Of a stretch of 64,000 nucleotides of DNA, positions 8,725-17,700 are shown in pieces. This DNA comes from a virus. Below the pieces are notes generated by a model, which saw only the letters and a program-made list of their open reading frames with translations, made no database searches and was not told the DNA's origin. The DNA is taken from positions 1 to 64,000 of IMG/VR virus record IMGVR_UViG_3300048088_000336; one strand, written 5' to 3'. Position 1 is the first letter of the stretch. Each line of letters starts with the position of its first letter. The translations under genes and the position numbers were made by a program.

Positions 8725-11700
8725 CCACCACATTCCCTGATGACATCGAGGTGTCCGGGGACGTCCCGGACGATCTGACCGCGCTGGAATGGAAGTCCCT
8801 CCCGGCCGGTGAGACGTCGTCGCCGCTGACGGGGGTCATCGACCACAACGACGCGGACGGCACGATCACCGCACTGGTCGCGGTGACCGGGGTGAAGGAT
8901 TCGGTCGGGGACGTCATCGTGCCCGGCAGTGCCGATAAAGCGGTGAAGCGATTGAAGCCCAAGGGGGTGATGTCACACAACTGGGGGGATCGGGTATCGC
9001 GACTGATTTGGCATAAGGAACTGATGCCGGGTGACTCGATGTTGCCGAAGCAAACACCCCAGGGTGACCCGTGGCCCGCTAACGCGGGTGGTTTGCTGAT
9101 CAAAGCGAAGTACAATCTTGATAAGCAATCCGGTCGGGACGCTTACGCGGACGCGAAATTCTATGGGGCCGATGAGTGCTTCTCGATCGGCTACAAGGTG
9201 CGTCCGGGCGGTTCCCGGATGCGTGGCGCGACCCGGTATTTGCATGACTATGACCTGTACGAATGGTCACAGGTGCTTCACGGGGCTCACCCGTTGGCGA
9301 CTTTGACCGGCGTGAAATCCCTTGCAGACACTGTTGAAGCACCGTGGTACGATGGCACCCGTTCCGGTGACATCGAGGGGGATACCGCTTTGCCCGACGG
9401 TGTAGAAACCAAGGTCCGTGTCGTACGTGACGCGGACTTCTGGCACCTGCCCATCGGCACCCCCATCAAGCCCGGCATGGTCCCCCACGGCCTGAACCGG
9501 CCCCCCACCGAGCAGGAGATCCACGCCACCACCGCCGACGCCGGGGACGACAACGGTCTCCACGGGGCCCCCGACGCCGTCGCCACCCCCGGGATGCCCG
9601 GTGCGCCCGCCCCAGGCGGGCTCGGCATGCCCCCCATGCCGGACATGGCCCTGCCCATTCCCGGTCCGAAAGACGGGGACGCACCCACTGGTGACCCCGA
9701 TGCCGCTGTCGCGTTGTTGCGCACACGCGTGGGGGAGATCGAGAAACTCAACACTCCCGCCGCCCGGACCGCTAGCGCGGCACTGACTCCGTTCCTCGTT
9801 CCCGGTGCCCCGGTGCGCGCATCGGAGGATGGGCAGCTCGTCGCTGTGCACACCGGGGACGCGTGGCGGTTCGCTGACACCGCCAACGGTGGCGTCATGC
9901 AGGTCACCCTTCCGGGCACCCTGCCGCAACCCAACGTCGACATGGTGCTCCATGAGCTGGCCGGTGTCGGCATCCCGTGGGATTCGGTGGACGCACGGCG
10001 CAAGCGGTGGGAAAACCCTTCCCAGCTCCAAGCCGACAAGGCGACCGTGGCGGGCATTTTCGCTCGCGCGGGCACCCCGCCGACCACAACCCCGCCGGGC
10101 ATCGGTGGCGCTGGCATGGGCACCCCGCCACCGCCCGGCGTTCCGGGTGCGCCGGGGGCGGGACAGGGCGCTCCCGGCGCCCCACCCGCTACACCGGGGA
10201 TGCCGAACGCTTCTGTGGGTGCACCGCCGAGCATTCCCGCTACACCCGCACCGGCCCCCAACGTCCCCACAGCGCCCCCCACTCCGACTGTCCCAGCTAC
10301 GCCACCGGTGTCACCGAAGAAGTTCCCCAGGGGCTCAATCAAGGGCCACGGCATCGCCCCCGGTGACCGGATCCGGGTGCACGGGCACCCGAGGGGCACC
10401 CTGGAAGGCACGGTCGAGTCCGGCAAGAACGGGCACTCGATCGTTCACGATGACGGGTCGAAGACGTGGCTCGGTGGCACCGGGTCACGCCATCACGTGG
10501 AGAAGCTCGGCAAGGCCGCCGACCAGCCACCCAAACTCGCCACAGCATCGGCCGCGCCCCCAGCGTCGAAACCTGCACCGGAGCGCAAGCTGGCGTTCGC
10601 TCGATTCGACCGGATCGAGAACGTTCATGACCTCCCTGGCGCGATCCGAAGCGCGATCCTAAAACCGGACACCCTCGACAATCCGGCGCGCAGGCAAGCT
10701 CTCGCCGTCGCCCTGCACTCGTTGACAGAACCAACCGCCCCGAATAAACCCCCCGCCAAAGCTCACGTCCCTGACGATGTTGACCCCGCCGCGCTGGCCG
10801 ACGAATTAGACGGACTCGCCCAAGAGATCGAAGATCGCGGCAAGGGCCGCATAGCGATCACCCCCGCCCACCGAGGATCCGGCCGCACCGTCGTCGCCGA
10901 CCTGCGCGCGTTGGCTGCGGGGATCCGCACTCCCGCTGCGTCCGCCCCGGAGTCAGCGAAACCCCCTGCCCCAGTCGTCCCGGAGCCGTACAAGCCCACC
11001 GGCAACATCAACGCCCCCCATGAGCTGACCGACGAGCAGCTCGCCACTGAGGCCGCGCACGCCGCTACCCGGCACGCCCGTGCCCGTGCCAGTGGTGTCC
11101 CGAAAACGTCGGTGGAGCATCACGACTCGAAACTGGCGAACACCGTTTTCCAGGACGAGATCCGGCGTCGTGCTGTGGGTGGCGAGTCCGGGGTCAAACC
11201 CGCACCCAAACCCGGGCCCCCGGCCGCGCCGGAGACCCCAGCCGTCCCGGACAAGACCGGGGAAGTCCCCGAAGACGCACCCGATACCACGGTGCCCCTG
11301 CCGCAGGAGGCCGTGGATTCCGCTGACCGGATCCGTGCCGAGGCACTCGGCATCATCGACGGACCTGACGGGCAAGAGGAAGTCACTCCCGAGGTCGCCG
11401 ACCGGCAGGACCGCGTGGAGGGCTACCTCGTCGCCGGGGAAGCCGCCCTGGCCGATAAGACCGATGGGCAGCTCAGTGAAACCCGCAAAGACCTGACCGA
11501 CGAGCTGGCGCTTCAGGATGAGCTGAATCGCCGCGACACACAACGGCGCAAAGAGAGCGCCGCCGCCCGCAGTAGCCGATCCAGCAGTACGGCCGACCCC
11601 GTCAGGTCGGGCGACACCCCCGGAGCAACGGGCGACGGCACCCCCGAGGATACCGGCCCGAAACTACGTCCCGGTTTCGCTGGCGCCGCCGAGGACCTCG

Positions 11701-14700
11701 GCGACGCCCTGAACGCGAAACCCCGCGATGACGAGACGGTGAAAGCCGCCGCCGACCGGTTCGCGAAAATGTTGCGCCGTCACGGTGACTCAACCTCGTT
11801 CGACGCGGTCCGCACCGCCATCGGGGACGACATTCACGCCGCCATCGCGTCGGGTGACCTGAAGGCGGGGATGCTGTTCACCGCCGCTGGCGGTGTCCGG
11901 GAGCAGCGGCGGGTCGCCCGCAATGAGGGCGCGAAGAAGCGCCGGTTGGCGAAGCGCCTGGACCGGGATCGGATCAAGGCCCTGATCGGGTCAGTGGACG
12001 CGGAGGTCCGGGCCCGGAAGGATCGCGGCAGCGGTGCGGCGGCACCCAAGCCATCCCCGGCCCCGAGCGTCGCCGCATCGCCCAAAACGGGTCAGGGAAT
12101 CACCGCCACCGCCCAACACAACGCCGACGGCGGTGTCCACTACCTGGTTACGCACCCCGACGGGTCGTACACCACTGCCCGCTACAACTCCACCGGACCC
12201 CGCCGCACCCACGCGAGCACCGTGGACCGGGGGCCCGGCCTGAAACCGAACTCCGGTGGCCGCTACATCACGTCGATTCACTCCTCGGAGGAGTCCGCCG
12301 ACCAGTCGCACGACGCGTTCCCCAACGTCCCGCACATCGTCACCCCCATTGAGCACATCGGGGAGACCGGCAAGGCGGAGACTCCTGTCGTACCGGAAGC
12401 TTCCGGCCCGCGCGCCGATGCTGAGCAAGCCATCCGCGACGGTGACCGTATCGCCCTGGTCGATGCCCTTAAGGCGATGGGGGACACCGGGCCGCGTGAG
12501 ACCGCGATGCGCCTGCTGTCCCTGTCCGAAGACGACGCGATCACCGAACTCGATGACCATCCTGGGAAACGGGAAACAGCCAACCGCGCGGACCGCCATG
12601 CCGCCGCGCAGGTCGCTAACGCTGCCGGTGACTCCGCTGCCCTGACGGCCGCACTCACGGGGGAGCACCGCAAGCCTGACAATGCGCTGGATTCCAGGGA
12701 TGCGGCGGCAGCGCGGGAACGGGCCGCCGCTAAGCGCGCAGCGGTCAAGCCCGCCGTCGTCGTCGCTGACGGGCCGTCGAGGAGGGCGGAGTTCGACGCG
12801 TCCACCGCTGAAGACTTCCCCCCCAACACCCCGGTTCGACTGTTTCAAGACTGGGATCGAGAGCATGCCCGACCCGACCTCGCGAGCGACGTTACGGCGG
12901 TGCGCCGTGCCCGGAATGGCTACGTCACCGTGCGGGAATCGAAGGGCACGACAGTCGATGTTTTCCCGCGCCAGTTGGAGAAGCGCGATCAGGGTGCACA
13001 ATCGCCGCAGAAGGATGGAGGCGACGATGCCCAACGCGCTAGCGACACAAGCCGAAGCGTGGTACCAGAAGTACCAGCCGCAGACCTACGCGGGGATAGT
13101 AGACAAACCGAAGTTCTTCCAGGACCTGGCCGACCGAGCCCAGGAGCAGATCACCCAGGTCGCGGACCGGTTGGCGGGCCCGGACCAACCGGGGGAGACA
13201 TACCGGGACAAACTGGGGCGCCTGACAGCGGCACAACACGACGCGACGGAACTGGTGATGAGGGACTTCCTGGAAGCCCCACCGCCCCCGAACTGGACGG
13301 ACAGTCCCCTGCCGAGCCCGCCGAGCCCGGACCCGTCGATGCTTCCCGAGAAGACGGACCCGTGGGGGGACGCGATGGCGGACTTCGGGAACGCGAGCGC
13401 GGAACTGGATCAACAGAACCGGGTGACGAGGCAGCGGGAACTGCCGATACTGCCCCCGCGCCCGAGCCGGACAGTGCCGACGGCGTAACCGCCGAGCAGC
13501 CGGAGGCCGACACCGGGCAGGTAGATGCGATCCCCGACACCGGGGAGTCGTTTCACCCGTCGAGTGCTGATGATTTCGCGCCCGCCGGGAAGCGGGCGAA
13601 ACTGGATGCGAACCTCGCCGCCCTGCGGGTCCTGCGCCAGTTGCAGACCGAGCACCGCTCCGCCACCCCGGAGGAGCAGAGTGTCCTCGCCCGTTGGGCC
13701 GGGTGGGGTGGCCTGCCGGAAGTGTTCGACGACAAGAAGACCGCCTATGCGAAGGAACGCGACGAACTCCGTGGACTGCTGTCCGGTGGCGAGTGGAATG
13801 AGGCGAAACGCAACACCCTCAACGCGCACTACACATCGCCTGTCGTGGTGCAAGCACTGTGGAAGGCGATGGGTGATCTTGGATTCGACGGGGGGCGTGT
13901 ACTTGAGCCCGGTTCCGGGTCAGGCACCTTCATCGGCTACGCCCCCGAGGGCGCCGACATGGTCGGGGTCGAACTGGACTCGACGACCGCTGCGATCTCT
14001 CGTGCCCTCTACCCGCACGCGACGGTAAGGAACGAATCGTTCGCCGACACCCGGCTACCGGCCGGTAGCTTCGATGCGACCATCGGCAACGTGCCCTTCG
14101 GGGACTTCGCCCTGCGGGATCGGGTGCACAACCCCAACCGCGCCGAGTCGATCCACAACCACTTCATTCTCAAATCCCTCGCGTTGACCAAACCGGGTGG
14201 CATCGTCACTGTCCTGACCTCCCGGTACACCCTCGATGGCGAGAACCCCCGGGCCCGAAAGAAAATGGCGGAGATGGGGGACCTGCTCGGCGCGGTCCGC
14301 CTGCCCACCGGTAGCCACTCCAAAACCTCCGGTACCGACGTCATCGAAGACGCCCTGATCTTCCGGCGTCGTGAGCCGGGCGCGGATCCCCTCACCCCAC
14401 AAGACTGGATCAATTCCAGTAAACGCGACATTGACGGGATCGAGATCCCCGTCAACGACTACTTCACCGCGCACCCCGACCAGGTCCTCGGCGACGAGCA
14501 CGCCGAGAAGGGTCAGTACGGCAGCGGGTCCCTCATCGTGACCGGTGACAAGGCGATGCCGGAGCTGCCCGCCGCTCTGGCTCGAATCACCGACGGGGCG
14601 AACACCGCTGGCGCCACCGCTTCGGCGCGCATGGAAGGCCTCGCCGACTTCACCGCCCCCGACGACACCCGCCACGACGGGCACATCGCCGCCCACGACG

Positions 14701-17700
14701 ACGGCAGTTTCACCCAGGCCTCCCAAGGCGCGGCCGTACCGTTTGCGGTACCGGAGAAGCAGGCTGAGGAGTTGCGTGGCCTGATCGGCATGCGCGACAC
14801 CCTGTCGACCCTGCTCACCGCCGAATCCCAGTCCGTGTCCAACTCCCCGGAGATCCGGGAACTGCGCAAGACACTGAACGACCAGTACGACGCCTACGTC
14901 AAACGCTACGGGCCGATTAACCGCTACACCCTGACCAAGTCGGGGGCCCGCAACGCTCCCGGTCAGGGCGGGTTCCGGCGTGACCCCATGTCGGCGATCG
15001 TGCGGGCCCTGGAGATCTACAACCCGGAGACCGGCAAAGCTGTTAAGACCGACATCTTCACCAAACGGTCCGTGTCCCCCCGGGAGATCCCCACCCACGC
15101 CGACAACCCCGAGGACGCACTGGCGTTGTCCCTGGACACCTACGGGGAAGTCAACCTCGGTGAGATCGCGAAAATGTTGCACACCGATGAGGCCACCGCC
15201 CGCAGACGTCTCGGTGACCTCATCTTCGAGCAGCCACCGCTGACCGATGACGAACTCGACAAGTCGTGGACCGCGCACCAGGAAGACCACGGGGGTATCC
15301 CTGACCAGGACATCGCGGCTGGGACCGTGGACCTGTCCTCGGTCGGCGAGTCGGTCCGGGCTGAGGGCAATCTCGAACCGGCCGCCGCCTACCTGTCCGG
15401 CAACGTGCGCCGCAAACTGGCCGCCGCCGAAGCCGCCGCCGCGCACGATCCCCGGTTCCAAACCAACGTCGACGCGTTGAAGAAAGTCATCCCCGCTGAT
15501 CTGGGGGTCGATGAGGTCGACGGCCGGTTGGGTGCCGCGTGGATCCCCGCTGATGACGTCAAAACGTTCATGATCGACCTGTTGCACGGTGGCGACAACC
15601 GGTACAACCCCGTGCAGGTGTCCACCTCCGGGGGTGGGATCTGGACCGTCGTCGGGGGCGATCACGGCAACGTCGCCACCGAACAGTGGGGCACGAAACG
15701 GAAGTCCGCTGGTGAACTGATCGCCGCCATGCTGGAGCAGAAACCGATCCGTGTAGTGGACACGATCGACGGGAAGTCCTACCCGAACCTGGAGGAAACC
15801 CTCGCGGCGCAGGCGAAGGCCGACGAGATCTCCGAACGTTTCTCCGAATGGTTGTTCGAGGACTCCGCGCGCACCAAACGTCTCCTGGCCGCCTACAACA
15901 ATCAGTTCAACGCGGTCCGGTTGCGGTCCTACGATGGTGTGGATCGGGTGTTCCCGGGGATGACGTCGAGCGGGTGGAAACCCCGCGCGCATCAGGTGGC
16001 GGCCGTCAACCGGATCGTCTCGGAACCGTGTGCGCTGCTCGCCCACGTGGTGGGTGCGGGGAAGACCGCTGAGATGGCGATGGGTGCCGCCGAACTCAAA
16101 CGCCTGAGGATGGCGCGCAAACCCGCGATCGTGGTGCCGTCGCACATGCTGGAGCAGTTCACCCGCGAGTACCTCCAAATCTATCCGAGGGCGAAGATCC
16201 TGGCCGCTGGCACGGAGGACCTGGACGGGGATAAGCGCCGGGAGTTCGTGGCGCGCGCCGCTACGGGGCAGTGGGATTGCGTCATCCTCACCAAGGATGC
16301 GATGCAACTCATTCCCATGAGTCAAGACGCGCAGAAAGCCTACATTGATCGTGAAATGGCCACGATGCGCGCCCAGTTGGAGGCCGCGCAGGGCAGTGGT
16401 GGGGACGCCGCGCATCAAGCGACCGTGAAGAAAATGGAAAAGGCCGTCATCAAGGCTGAGGAGGCCCTGAAGGCGAAACTGGAGAAGACGAAAGACGCGG
16501 GGGTGTCTTTCGAGCAGACCGGCATCGACTACCTGTTCGTCGATGAGGCCCACCAGTACTCGAACCTGCGGACCGTGTCCAACATACAGGGCGCGGGGGC
16601 GTCCGGGTCGGGTATCGCCACCGACCTGCACATGAAGATCGAGCACCTGCGGGCCAACAATGAGTCGGGCCGGGTGGCGACGTTCGCTACCGGCACACCG
16701 ATTCGTAACACCGTGACACAGGCATACATTATGCAACGGTTCATGCGCCCCGACCTGCTGAAAGAAGCGGGGGTGCATTCGTTCGACCAGTGGGCCGCCA
16801 CGTTCGGGCAAACCGTTGACGAGATGGAACTCAAACCGGAGGGCACGGGGTTCCGGCAGACCACCCGGTTCGCGAAGTTCCGCAATGTGCCTGAACTGCT
16901 GCGCCTGTTTCAGATTTTCGCGGACGTCAAGACCGCTGAGGACCTCAACCTGCCCACCCCGGACCTGGCCGGTGGGTCGGTGGACAATGTGGTTGTCCCG
17001 AGCACCGATGAGCTGCGGGAGACCATGGCGGAGTTGGCGCACCGCGCCGACCAGTACCGGGCGGGGTCCCCGGAGAAGCGCACCAACGCGGCCGGTACCG
17101 GTGAAGTCGACGACATGATGCTGCTGATCAGCATGGATGGTCGCAAAGCCGCGATGCGCCAGTCGGACAAACTGGACATGGCGGCGGAGAAGATCGCGGA
17201 CATCTGGGGAAAGAACAAGAACAAGCCCATCCCGAAAGACTTGGATGACCCCACCGCTGGGGATGACCCCCCACCCGGTGGGATGCAAATCGTGTTCTGT
17301 GACATGTTCACCCCCAAGGGTGGCGCCAAGAGTGACGTCGAGCAGCGAACCGAGTACGACGACGGGGACAACTTCGACGCCTACGCTGCCTTGCGGGCGA
17401 AACTGGCGGACCGGGGCATGGATCCGAAACGGATCCGGTTCATGCACGAGGCCAAGAATGACCGTCAGAAGGCCGAACTGTTCGCCGCCGCACGCAATGG
17501 TGGCCTGGATGTTCTCGTCGGCTCCACGGAGAAGATGGGGGTCGGTACGAACGTCCAGAGACGCGCGGTGGCCCTGCACCATTTGGATGCCCCGTGGCGC
17601 CCCTCGGATCTTGAGCAGCGTGACGGCCGGATCATGCGCCAAGGCAATGCCAACGACGAGGTCTCAATCCACCGGTATGTCACCGAGGGCTCATTCGACG

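Noticed and set aside
13027-13488. Transposon insertion implied by the TnpV-like gene
   Set aside because: No transposase, recombinase, terminal repeats or target duplication seen, and the host ORF stays open.
14055-17642. 1195-aa ORF on the - strand
   Set aside because: Antisense shadow of the MTase/helicase region; such shadows are expected in high-GC coding DNA and it has no motifs.
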